Of a DNA stretch of 64,000 nucleotides, positions 37,000 to 49,449 are shown piece after piece; the stretch's first letter is position 1; every line of letters begins with the position of its first letter. The notes under the pieces are model-generated. The model ran no database searches. It saw only the letters and a program-made list of their open reading frames with translations, and was not told the origin of the DNA. The translations under genes were made by a program, and so were the position numbers. The stretch is from Dendrobates tinctorius (Eukaryota), in the NCBI RefSeq assembly GCF_039654945.1, contig NW_027361841.1:8804001-8868000 (forward strand). The letters are read 5' to 3'.

Positions 37000-37683
37000 C
37001 ACCCTCTCTGGCAACTACAATACCTAGAGAGATTAGCAAAATTAGGTATCAGGTTCCTGACAGCGCCGGCATGCAGCCTCCACTGAGCAGGGACTCACCA
37101 GTGCTGTATGGATCCCGGGAACAGTAACAGCTGGAAAGTACAGACGCACAGGACCTGAACGCTGAAGTATTAGTAAGCAGGCACGGGACCTACGGTCACG
37201 TGACCACAAGGGGGCGGGGCTTAGCGTCCTGCTTACTGAAATGGAAGAACACTCAGAGTCGGGCAAACCAGAGATCATACACAAGACGGGCGAACAAGGT
37301 ACAGGAGGGACAAGCAGATGGGAGGTCAGACAAAGCCAAAGGTCATACACAAGAGGGCGGTGCAGTACCAAAGGGACGAGCAGAGAGCAGTCGAGTCACA
37401 AACAGAGGGTCATACATGAGAGGACAGTGCGGTACAAGAGAGTCAGGCAGAACTCGTAACAGGGACAGAACCAGATCACAACCAAACAAGCAACAAGTTA
37501 TCAGGCACAAGGCACACGTATACAAGAGGTCACTTAACTGAACCGAGGGCAGGAGTATAACTGACACCCGACCTAGGTCCAGTGAGCATTAAATAGCCTC
37601 CTTCTGCCAGAGAGAGGCAGCACAATTAAACCCATAGTCTGACCAGGATGGGCCAAAGCGAAATCCTGTCCTGGATCATGACA
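37000..37683 (-). mobile_element. LTR-like fragment
   Basis: Minus strand starts TGTCATGATCC at 37683; purine-skewed repetitive interior; truncates both the Tc1 and CR1 neighbours. Confidence 0.4.
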
Positions 37684-40600
37684 TTAGGATTATTTTGTCT
37701 ATAAAAAAGACGACTGTGGGGCAATCTAATAACCATGTATAAGTATATAAGGGGACAATACAAATATCTTTCCGAGGATCTGTTTATACCAAAGAAGGTG
37801 ACAGTCACAGAGAATGCCCCCTATTCTCTGCACCTGGAGGAGAGAAGGTTTTTCCACCAACATAGAAAAGGATTCTTTACTGTTAGGGGATTGAGAACCT
37901 GGAATTCCCTGCCTGAGGAGGTGCTGATGGTGAACTCAGTTGAGGGGTTCAAGAGAGGCCTGTATTTCTTCCTGGAGAATAGCAAATATTGTATGTTACA
38001 GTGATGAGGTTCTTTAGAAGGACATAGATCTGGGGATTTATTCTGACGGAATGTAGGATAAACTGGATGGACAAATGTCTTTTTTGGGCCTTGCTAATAG
38101 AGTTGAGCGATACCGTCCGATACTTCAAAGTATCAGATCGGAATGGATCGGCCGATCTTAAAAAAAAGTATCGGTATCGCCGATTCCGATACCGGAAGTC
38201 CCATTCAAGTCTATGGGACTTCCGGTATCGGAATAAGAAAAATCCTGTTTTTCCCTTGTACAGCCTCTCTGGGGTCTGTACGGGCCTTTCGGGGGGCTGT
38301 GCCGGCCTGCCAGGGGGTCTGTGCAGGCTCCGGTGGTCTGTGCCGGCCTGCCGGGGGGCTGTGCAGGCTCCAGTGGGCTGTGCCGGCCTGCCGGGGGGCT
38401 GTGCCGGCCTGCCGGGGGGCTGTGCAGGCTCCGGGGGGCTGTGCCGGCCTGCCGGGGGGCTGTGCCGGCCTGCCGGGGGGCTGTGCAGGCTTCGGGGGTC
38501 TGTGCAGGCATCGTCCGATGGGACTACAAGTCCCATCGGGCGATGCCTGCTACCATGACAGTGATTGACACATTAGCCAATGATGGGACAGTAGTAGTCC
38601 CATCATCCGGCTAATGTGTTGAATGTAAAAAAAAAAAAAAAATTACATGCTACATACATGCTACATACATACAACATGCATACTACATACATGCTACATT
38701 CATACTACATACTACATACATGCTACATTCATACTACATATATACTACATGCAACATACATACTACATATATACTACATGCATGCAACATGCATACTACA
38801 TATATACTACATGCAACATACATACTACATATATACTACATGCAACATACATACTACATATATACTACATGCATGCAACATGCATACTACATATATACTA
38901 CATGCTACATACATACTACATATATACTACATACATACTGCATGCTACATACATACTACATGCTACATACATACCACATACATACTACATACATACTACA
39001 TGCTACATATATACTACATATATACTACATGCTACATACATACTACATATATGCTACATACATACTACATACATACTACATGCTACATACATACTACATA
39101 TATACTACATACATACTACATACATGCTACATACATACTACATGCTACATACATACCACATACATACTACATACATACTACATGCTACATATGTACTACA
39201 TATATACTACATGCATGCTACATACATACTGCATGCTACATGCATGCTACATACATACTACATACATACTACATGCTACATACATACCACATATATACTA
39301 CATACATACTACATACAATACATTCATACAATACATACATAGACATACAGTACATATAACATAGAGTAACATACTTACCAATACTTGTCACATTGTTCCC
39401 CGAAGCCATTGTCTTTTACGGAATAAATATTAACATAACAAACCACAAAAATACTCACCCACGATCCGAAGCAGTCCACGAGTGTGTCCCACGACGATCT
39501 TGGGTAGAGAACTGCAGCATCAGCTGTTGCTGCCGTTCTCTACGGGCTGCAGGAATCCAATGACGGAAGGTAGGTATCCTTCCGCACTGTATTCCTCCGC
39601 CTCTTAAAAAAAAAAAGTCCCTAGTCTCACTTTATGCCATTGCTGCGTGGGAATTTCCCACACAGCAATGGCATAAAGTGAGACTAGGGACTTTTTTTTT
39701 TTAAGTGGCGGAGGAATACAGTGCGGAAGGATACCTACCTTCCGTCATTGGATTCCTGCAGCCCGTAGAGAACGGCAGCAACAGCTGATGCTGCAGTTCT
39801 CTACCCAAGATCGTCGTGGGACACACTCGTGGACTGCTTCGGATCGTGGGTGAGTATTTTTGTGGTTTGTTATGTTAATATTTATTCCGTAAAAGACAAT
39901 GGCTTCGGGGAACAATGTGACAAGTATTGGTAAGTATGTTACTCTATGTTATATGTACTGTATGTCTATGTATGTATTGTATGAATGTATTGTATGTAGT
40001 ATGTATGTAGTATATATGTGGTATGTATGTAGCATGTAGTATGTATGTAGTATATATGTAGTATGTATGTAGCATGCATGTAGTATATATGTAGTATGTA
40101 TGTAGCACGTAGTATGTATGTAGCATGCATGTAGTATGTATGTAGTATGTATGTAGTATGTATGTGGTATGTATGTAGCATGTAGTATGTATGTAGCATG
40201 TAGTATGTATGTAGTATGTATGTAGTATATATGTAGTATGTATGTAGCATGTAGTATGTATGTAGCATGCATGTAGTATATATGTAGTATGTATGTATGT
40301 AGTATGTATGTAGTATATATGTAGCATGTAGTATGTATGTAGCATGCATGTAGTATATATGTGTTATGTATGTAGTATGTATGTAGTATGTATGTAGTAT
40401 GTATGTGGTATATATGTGGTATGTATGTGGTATGTATGTAGTATGTATGTAGTATGTATGTAGTATGTATGTGGTATGTATGTAGTATGTATGTAGCATG
40501 TAGTATGTATGTAGCATGCATGTAGTATGTATGTAGTATTTTTTTTTTTTATTTTTTTTTTTTAACATTTAACACATTAGCCGGATGATGGGACTACTAC

Positions 40601-41086
40601 TGTCCCATCATTGGCTAATGTGTCAATCACTGTCATGGTAGCAGGCATCGCCAGATGGGACTTGTAGTCCCATCGGACGATGCTTGCACAGACCCCCGGA
40701 CATCAGCACAGCCCCCCGGCAGGCCGGCACAGCCCCCCGGCAGGCCGGTACAGACCCCCACAGGGTGCACAGACCACCGGCAGGCCGGCACAGCCCCCCG
40801 GCAGGCCGGTACAGACCCCGGGCAGTCCACACAGCCCCCCGGCAGGCCGGCAGAGACCCCCGGAAGGCCCGAAATGACGGCGCATCATAATGCGCACACA
40901 CCGCGCATCATGATGACGTCAGGCTGACAATCAACTTTGAACTTCCGATTCCGATGCCGACTTCCGATATTGAAAAAATATCGGAAGTCGGTATCGGAAT
41001 TCCGATACAGCAAGTATCGGCCGATACCCGATACTTGCGGTATCGGAATGCTCAACACTACTTGCTAACTATGTTACTATGTTACT
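37684..41086 (+). mobile_element. Old CR1 3' fragment (37684-38097 plus tail 41069-41086) split by foldback hAT copy 2
   Basis: LGLF..KRRL.G.LITMYKYIRG..GFFTVR..WNSLPEEV; CTATGTTACTATGTTAC tail after the insertion. Confidence 0.8.
38098..41060 (+). mobile_element. Non-autonomous foldback hAT element, copy 2
   Basis: Same ends as copy 1; TSD CTTGCTAA (38090-38097, 41061-41068); centre at 39654. Confidence 0.95.
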
Positions 41087-43270
41087 TTTGCAGTATAGCG
41101 GCTACTCCAAGAATCTACAGTGCAGTGCTCTTTAAAGCTTTAAAGCTCAATGACAAGGCCAGAGATGTGCCTACATTTTGCTGCATAAGAAAAAAGAGCA
41201 CATCTTTCTGCAAGATTTAATTGCTGGTTGATGTTTTCCAGCGAGTCTGAGAGTACACCCTAATTTCTGAAAGGCATTAGAATCCACAAGATGTTAAGGC
41301 AGCAATTGCACACCAGCAACTTGACAATATCTAAGTTATATAAATTTTGTTGACAAACCAGTGGATGACTGGGAGCATACTTTTTTTTCCTCACCTCACA
41401 CTCAGCAATGGTTATTTACTGTTTTAATGGTGAATACGGAGGAGAAGCTGTGCTTAGAGTACAACATGCAGTAGAGGAGGATGAAAATGATAATTTGCAG
41501 CAACAATCAACATTATTGCTGTTGGGCCTTCGATTTTTAAATGCAGTAGTTAAACAGTTGCCAAACCTTATCCACTTATTGTTCTTCTTAATTTTTTTAC
41601 TTTACAAACAAGTACATATTTTGGATCACCATACACATAGATTACAATTAATAGATCAGATAAATATATAGATAACAAAATCATACTTTAATTGCATAGC
41701 ACAGCTTTGACTCTAGCAGGTACTGTAGCTAAGCTATGCTTAGGTTTAGCAAGATACATCCTGACAATACAAGACTGAAATAATTGACTCTGTAAGATCA
41801 ACACTATTTGTCTTATCTGTGCTCTGTGCATTCACTGATATAGGCCACGCAGAATGAACTCCTCACAAATGCGTAATGCTTGGCTGAGTTGTACTGTAAA
41901 GCTATTAGCCTTATGCCATTTATAATACTTTATTCTGAGCTACGAAAAGTCAAATGCTATACTAATCTAATTTATGCCTTTCAGCCAGAATTAAAATTGG
42001 GCTTTATGCTCAGTACATTTTGCTTCATTTAATTGATACTTCTTTTAATTGGAAAACACCACATGAAACAGAATAAAAATTGGAACGGCAAGAGAGTGTT
42101 TTCTGTTGTGTTTAGAAATTGGCATTTCTTCCAGTTTACACTTTAATCAGAAAACAAAAACAAATTTTACAAATTGTACTTAAGTTTCCAATTACGACTG
42201 GCATGGATCTCAAAAAGTAAAAGGCTTATGTTACTTGTTGCTCATTTAACTGCTATGTTCGCTTTTCATAGCAGCAACTTGAAGTGACTACAAAAAGAAC
42301 ATTAAAACATTTTAAAAGTGCAAAATAGCACAAAACTAATGACAAAACTGACAAAAAACACAATAAATGCTGTAGCCAAAAATACCCCTACTTTAGAATA
42401 TAAAGTGACAAACCCCCACAATAGCCATTTGTTAATTTTTTTATAGCTAAATTGGTTTGTCCCACAAATAAGTATTATACAAATTTAGCTATACTTTCCT
42501 TTTTTTCAGTTTTAAATGAGAACATATGTTTCTGTGGAAATTAGCTCACTGTGGCCTTCAGATTGTGTCTCTTTTTATTTTTAAATATAATTACTGTTAT
42601 AATGACTAAGGGCTCATTCAGACATCATTTTTCATTTACAAGTTTTCATGTTAAAGTATAAAAGTGGTGCGGAATATGTTGGTGCTACAGAATTAAATTT
42701 TTTTATTAGTTTTATTATTATGCCACTTGAGTTAGGGACCAGCCATATTAAAGTACACTTTGTCATAGTTGTAATGATTCTGTTTTTTTATTAAAAAATG
42801 TTAACTCACTAGCTCATGTGGCCACTCAACCAGGTTCCTGCAAGTTGTTTTGCGCTTCTCTGCAATATATGTAAGTACATCACCAAATTTCAGGTTCATA
42901 AAAGTAGTACATTTTTAAACAGAATAAACAATATTCTTGAACAAGATGGCAGTTTTTCTAGCACACATCTTTCATAATCAGTGGTCTTATTAATATCAGT
43001 AATTTTGGAAGCTAGTTGTTATTTTTTCAGTTTATGTAAAAAATGTGAGTATGACCATTTTAGTAAAGCATTATTTAGAAAATATTTTAAATAGTTCATT
43101 TGTAGCTCTAATAATCTTTTAATGTTAGGTATAAATTTACGCTAAATATTATTGATATTCATCCTCCTTAGATACAGTTCAAAATTACAGCCTAAAGGAT
43201 TATGTGCAGTCTACAGATTGAATAATACATCTACACAATTGGTTTTCAAAACTGAAGTCCTAAAAAAGAA

Positions 43271-44161
43271 TAGAGGCACAGGGTTAATGGGTTCTCTCAT
43301 CCGCTGGCCCAGCTGTCTTTAGAGAGACTGCATGGAACAAGGCTCATACCACTGAATGCCTGATCTCTCTCCCCGTAGGCAGAACACTACTCAGACAACA
43401 CAAGATGAGTTTAAAAAAGTGTGGCAATAACTTATTGAACCACCAACACACAATACGGTATCGAACAGTCCCAGCAAATACCCAAGATGGTGCAAATTAC
43501 AGAGTTTCACCCTTCCACTGACTCGCCAGGATTAGAGCTGTTTCCAGGGCCAAGTACCTCCACCAGTGGCTCCCTGCTTTTGGCTGTCCCCCAGTGAGAG
43601 GAGGTAACATCAAGCTTAGGAAGCTGACAGTTAATTAATGTGGGAGGCCAGGTGACTTGATTGTCCTAACCTGGAATCTCTAAACATCTTTGAGGATTCA
43701 GTAATGGTCAAAGAAGCAGCTCAATATTTCTACAGTTAGAGCCACGATGCGATGGCTATTGTAATGTAGAGTCTCCCTAAAACACAGGCGGATCCACTTT
43801 TTTATAGGTCACAACTACTCATTCAGTCATTCCTCTACAGGCATGGAGGAAGGTGGAAGGAGGCCATCCCTCATTGCTGGATTATTCAAACATCATGCAC
43901 AGTTTGTCATTCACATTTCCAGAGCACCAATAGGTCATCAACATATTAACAAACATTGTGCCTTTGTTTCCCAAAGATAGTAGAACAATACTAGGACAGA
44001 TACAATAGCTAATCAGCAGCCAGTCAGAAAAAGGCAGCAAAGGAACATTAATTCAATGACAACAAGAGTCAACAGTCATTCTCACATGAACTCTAGCTCA
44101 TGTCACTGGGCCTACTAAAATAATATGTCTGGTAATTCAGATTAAATGCTGTGTCACCACA
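43271..44161 (-). mobile_element. Possible solo LTR
   Basis: Minus strand starts TGTGGTGACAC (44161), with TATAAAA at ~43806 and a polyA-like AATAAG at ~43435; GC-richer than its flanks; far end uncertain. Confidence 0.35.
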
Positions 44162-44254
44162 ACAAGTAATTGTTTAAATTTTCTGATACACTTAAAGAGC
44201 TCAAAGTTTACATATTTCTCAATGGCCTATAAATTGGGTCAAAGTTGCCTATGT

Positions 44255-44335
44255 AATAATAATAATAATAATAATAATAATGCATTTTATTTCTATAGCG
44301 CCGACATATTCCGCAGCACTTTACTTTTCAGAGGG
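44255..44335 (-). repeat. L2 3'-end remnant with (AAT)n tail
   Basis: TTTATTTCTATAGCGCCGACATATTCCGCAGCACTTTAC matches the L2 end at ~50140. Confidence 0.7.
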
Positions 44336-44685
44336 AGTGATGCAAATGATTGATGGTGAACATTTTGCTTTTTATACTTTTCACATCACCTTGCAGAATC
44401 TAAAACTGGATGAGACTTACTATCAAAATCCTTAAATTTCTTTCTGCATGAATTTGGCGGTTGCCTTCAGCATCAAATAGGACAAATGACCAAATCAATT
44501 ATTTGTAAAGTCTAAACTTGCACATCACTGGATAATTACCTGGCATTTGGATATAATTATGTTGATCTTGCAACTTGAAAAAAATGAATGTGGAGAGTAC
44601 TCAGTTATTTATGATATGAAAAGGCTTGAGATTAACATTTCAGTCATGGACTACAATGAGACTTTTGTAGCATTACTGATTGATA

Positions 44686-47600
44686 TCTAATATATAAAGC
44701 TCAAAGTGTGTATGTATGTATGTGTGTGTGTATGTGTGTGTGTGTGTGTATGTCCGGGATAGGCATCCGCACCGTCGCAGCTACAGCCACAAAATTTGGC
44801 ACAGTCACACGTCTGGACCCCGAGAGCGTCCTAGGCTATGTTGTGAGGTGAAATTTTAACCCCGCGCGTTCCAATTCACCAAACAATTTTGCCCCTATCT
44901 ACATACTGGGGAAAAAGTGTGTGCGCGTCAAGCCCCTCCCCTCATTATGATGTCATAATGCCCCTATCTACATAATGGGGGAACAGTGTGTGCGTATCAA
45001 GCCCCGCCCCTCATTATGATGTCATAATGGTTGCCATGGCGACGCTAGGTTGCAAGCCCCGCCGCTCATTATGATGTCATAATGGTTGACTATGGGATGG
45101 AGGATGTGTATGATGGGTATATGGGCATGGGACTGTGGGATGGCGGATATGTTTGAAGGGTATATGGGCACTCTACTATGGAATGGAGGATGTGTGATGG
45201 GTATATGGGCACTCTACTATGGGATGGAGGATATGTATGATGGGAATATATGGGCACGGGACTATGGGATGGAGGATGTGTATGATGGGTATATAGGCAC
45301 TCTACTATGGGATGGAGGATATGTATGATGGGAATATATCGGCACGAGACTATGGGATGGAGGATGTGTGATGGGCATATGGGCACTGGACTATGGGATG
45401 GAGGATATGTATGATGGGTATATAGGCATGGGACTATGAGATGAAGGATGTGTGATGGGTATATGGGCACTGGACTATGGGAGGGAGGATATGTATGACG
45501 GGCATATGGGCACTGGACTATGGGATGGAGGATATGTATGATGGGTATATGGGCACGGGACTATGGGATGGAGCATGTGTGATGGGCATATGGGCACTGG
45601 ACTATGGGATGGAGGATATGTATGATGGGTATATGGGCATGGGACTAGGAGATGAAGGATGTGTGATGGGTATATGGGCACTCCACTATGGGATGGCGAA
45701 TATGTATGATGAGCATATGGGCATGGGACTATGGGATGGAGGATGTGTGATGGGTATATGGGCATGGAACTATGGGATGGAGGATGTGTAATGAGTATAT
45801 GGGCATGGGCCTACGGTATGGAGGATATGTATGATGGGTATATGGGCACGGGCCTATGGGATGGTGGATATGTATGATGGGTATATGGGCACGGGACTGT
45901 GGGATGGAGGACAATTATAATTTGTTATAACTAACCACAGTTACTATGCCCGGGCAGCATCGGGCTCTTCAGCTATCTAATATATAAAGCTCAAAGTGTG
46001 TATGCATGTATGTATGTATGTGTGTATGTGTGTGTGTATGTCCAGATAGGCATCCGCACCGTTGCAGCTACAGCCACAAAATTTGGCACAGTCACACGTC
46101 TGGACCTCGAGAGCATCCTAAGCTATGTTGTGAAGCAAAATTTTAACCCCGCGCATTCCAATTCACCAAAAATTTTTGCCCCTGTCTACATAATGGGGGA
46201 AAAGTGCGTGCGCATCAAGCCTCGCCCCTCATTATGATGTCATAATGCCTCTATCTACATAATGGGGAAACAGTGTGTGCGTATCAAGCCCCACCCCTCA
46301 TTATGATGTCATAATGGTTTCCATGGCGGCGCTGATGTCATCATAGGTTGCAAGCCCCGCCGCTCATTATGATGTCATAATGCCTCTATCTACATAATGG
46401 GGAAAAAGTGTGTGCGTATCAAGCCCCACCCCTCATTATGATGTCATAATGGTTTCCATGGCGGCGCTGATGTCATCATAGGTTGCAAGCCCCGCCGCTC
46501 ATTATGATGTTGTAGTGGTTGACTATGGGATGGAGGATGTGTGATGGGTATATGGTAACTGGACTAAGGGATGGAGGATATGTATGACGGGTATATGGGC
46601 ACGGGACTATGGGATGGAGAATATGTATGATGGGTATATGGGCATGGGACTATGGGATGGAGGATGTGTGATGGGTATATGGGCACTGGACTATGGGATG
46701 GAGGATATGTATGACGGGTATATGGGCACGGGACTATGGGATTTCAGATATGTATGATGGGTATATGGGCACGGGACTATGGGGTGGAGGATATGTATGA
46801 TGGGTATATGGGCATGGGACTATGAGATGAAGGATGTGTGATGGGTATATGGGCACTCGACTATGGGATGGCGAATATGTATGATGGGTATATGGGCATG
46901 GGACTATGGGATGGAGAATATGTATGATAGGTATATGGGCATGGGACTATGGGATGGAGAATATGTATGATGGGTATATGGGCACAGGCCTATGGGATGG
47001 AGGATATGTATGATGGGTATATGGGCACTGGTGTATGGGATGGTGGATATGTATGATGGGTATATGGGCACGGGACTATGGGATGGAGGATAATTATAAT
47101 TTTTATAACTAACCACAGTTAGTTACTATGTCCGGGCAGCGCTGGGCTTCTCAGCTAGTCTAATATACAGTATAAAGCTCAAAGTGTGTATGTGTGTATG
47201 TATGGAAACAACAAAAACCCTCACTGTTGCATTGATCCACTCTCGCCTGGATTACTGCAACGCTCTATTAATTGGCCTCCCCGTCACTCGACTATCCCCT
47301 CTCCAGTCCATACTTAATGCAGCGGCCAGGATCGTCCATCTGGGTAATCGGTACTCGGACGCGTCCGCTCTTCGCCAGTCCTTACATTGGCTGCCCATTC
47401 ATTATAGGATCCAATTCAAAGTACTTGTTCTCACCCACAAAGCTCTCCACAGTGCGGCACCCCCTTACATCTCTTCTCTCATTTCTGTCTATCGGCCTAG
47501 CCGATCGCTGCGCTCTGCAAACGACTTTCGACTAACCTCTGCACTAATCCGTACCTCCCACTCCCGACTCCAAGACTTCTCCCGTGCTGCTCCTATCCTC

Positions 47601-49313
47601 TGGAATGCTCTACCCCAAGAAATCAGGACTATCCACAATTTGCATAGTTTTAGGCGCTCCCTCAAAACACACCTGTTCAGAGCGGCCTATCACATTCACT
47701 AATCAAAGTCATTCTCTGTGTAAGTGTGCTTGTGTAGCCCATTCACTATCTCCATCCATCCTTCACTCCCGCAAGATGGCTGGACCTTCATTGTAAATAC
47801 ACCATTGTAAATACACACCTGTACTCTGTATCTCCCTCACCTCATTGTAGATTGTAAGCTCTCACGAGCAGGGTCGTCTAATTTCGTCTTATTTTGCTTT
47901 AATTATTGTATTGTTAGCGTTGTTACTTATGACTTGTGTTTTAAAACTGTTAAACTGTAAAGCGCTGCGGAATATGTTGGCGCTATATAAATAAAGATTA
48001 TTATTATTATTATTATTATGTATGTGTGTATGTGTGTGTGTGTATGTTTGTTTGTATGTCCGGGATAGGCATCCACACCGTTGCAGCTACAGCAACACAA
48101 ATTGGCACAGTCACACGTCTGGACCCCGAGAGCGTCCTAAGCTATGTTGTGAGGCGAAATTTTAACCCAGCACGTTCCAATTCACCAAACAATTTTGCCC
48201 CTATCTATATACTGGGGGAAAAAATGTGTGCGCGTCAAGCCCCGCCCCTCATTGTGATGTCACAATGCCCCTATTTGCATACTGGGGAAGCAGTGTGTGC
48301 GCGCCAAGCCCTGCCCCTCATTATGATGTCACAATGGTTGCCATGGCAACGCTGATGTCATCAAAGGTTGCAAGCCCCGCCGCCGCTCATTATGATGTCA
48401 TAATGGTTGACTATGAGATGGAATGTGTGATGAATATATGGGCACCAGACTATGGGATGGAGGATATGTATGATGGGTATATGGGAACGGCTCTATGGGA
48501 TGGAGGATATGTATATGGGCACGGGACTATAGGATGGAGGATATGTATGATGGGTATATGGGAACGGGACTATGGGATGGAGGATGTGTGATGGGTATAT
48601 GGGCACTGGACTATGGGATGGAGGATATGTATGACGGGTATATGGGCACGGGACTATGGGATGGCGGCTATGTATATGGGTATGGGACTATGGGATGGAA
48701 GATGTGTGATGGGTATATGGGCACTGGACTATGGAATAGAGGATATGTTTGATGGGTATATGGGCACGGGACTATGGGATGGTGGATATGTATATGGGCA
48801 CGGGATTATGGGATGGAGGATGTGTGATGGGTATACGGGCACTGGACTATAGGATGGAGGATATGTATGACGGGTATATGGGCACGGGACTATGAGATGG
48901 CGGATATGTATGATGGGTATATGGGCACTCGACTATGGGATGGAGGATATGTATGATGGGTATATGGGCACGGGACTATGAGATGAAGGATGTGTGATGG
49001 GTATATGGGCACTCGACTATGGGATGGCGAATATGTATGATGGGTATATGGGCATGGGACTATGGGATGGAGGATGTGTGATGGGTATATGGGCACTCGA
49101 CTTTGGGATGGAGGATATGTATGATGGGTATATGGGCACGGGCCTATGGGATCGTGGATATGTATGATGGGTATATGGGCACGGGCCTATGGGATCGTGG
49201 ATATGTATGATGGGTATATGGGCACGGGACTATGGGATGGAGGATAATTATAATTTTCTATAACTAACCACAGTTAGTTACTATGCCCGGGCAGCGCCGG
49301 GCTCTTCAGCTAG
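44686..49313 (+). mobile_element. Three head-to-tail non-autonomous Helitrons (44686-45975, 45976-47158, 47159-49313), each with an internal ~41-bp minisatellite
   Basis: 5' TCTAATATA, 3' GC hairpin GCCCGG-GCAGCG-CCGGGC then CTAG; inserted between A and T with no TSD; (GGACTATGGGATGGAGGATATGTATGATGGGTATATGGGCAC)n inside. Confidence 0.85.
47202..48018 (+). mobile_element. 5'-truncated L2 LINE inserted in the microsatellite of Helitron copy 3
   Basis: [34 protein letters not shown]; 3' GCGCTGCGGAATATGTTGGCGCTATATAAATAAAG(ATT)n. Confidence 0.92.
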
Positions 49314-49449
49314 TTAATTATATAGTGACAACCTTAAGCCACAATTAAGTGACAACTTTAAGCATGCAGCTCAATGTAAATCTTAAGACTGCAGCTCTAG
49401 ATTAATTTTTAGTCACCGTCCAGACCTATGAATAGGCTGTATAATTACA

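Noticed and set aside
41390-41690. Possible host exon (87-aa + ORF; minus-strand donor-like GAG|GTGAGG at ~41396)
   Set aside because: No recognisable domain, and no consistent acceptor and frame could be established.
45086-49096. MGWRICM / HHTYPPS repeat ORFs
   Set aside because: Helitron-internal ~41-bp minisatellite.
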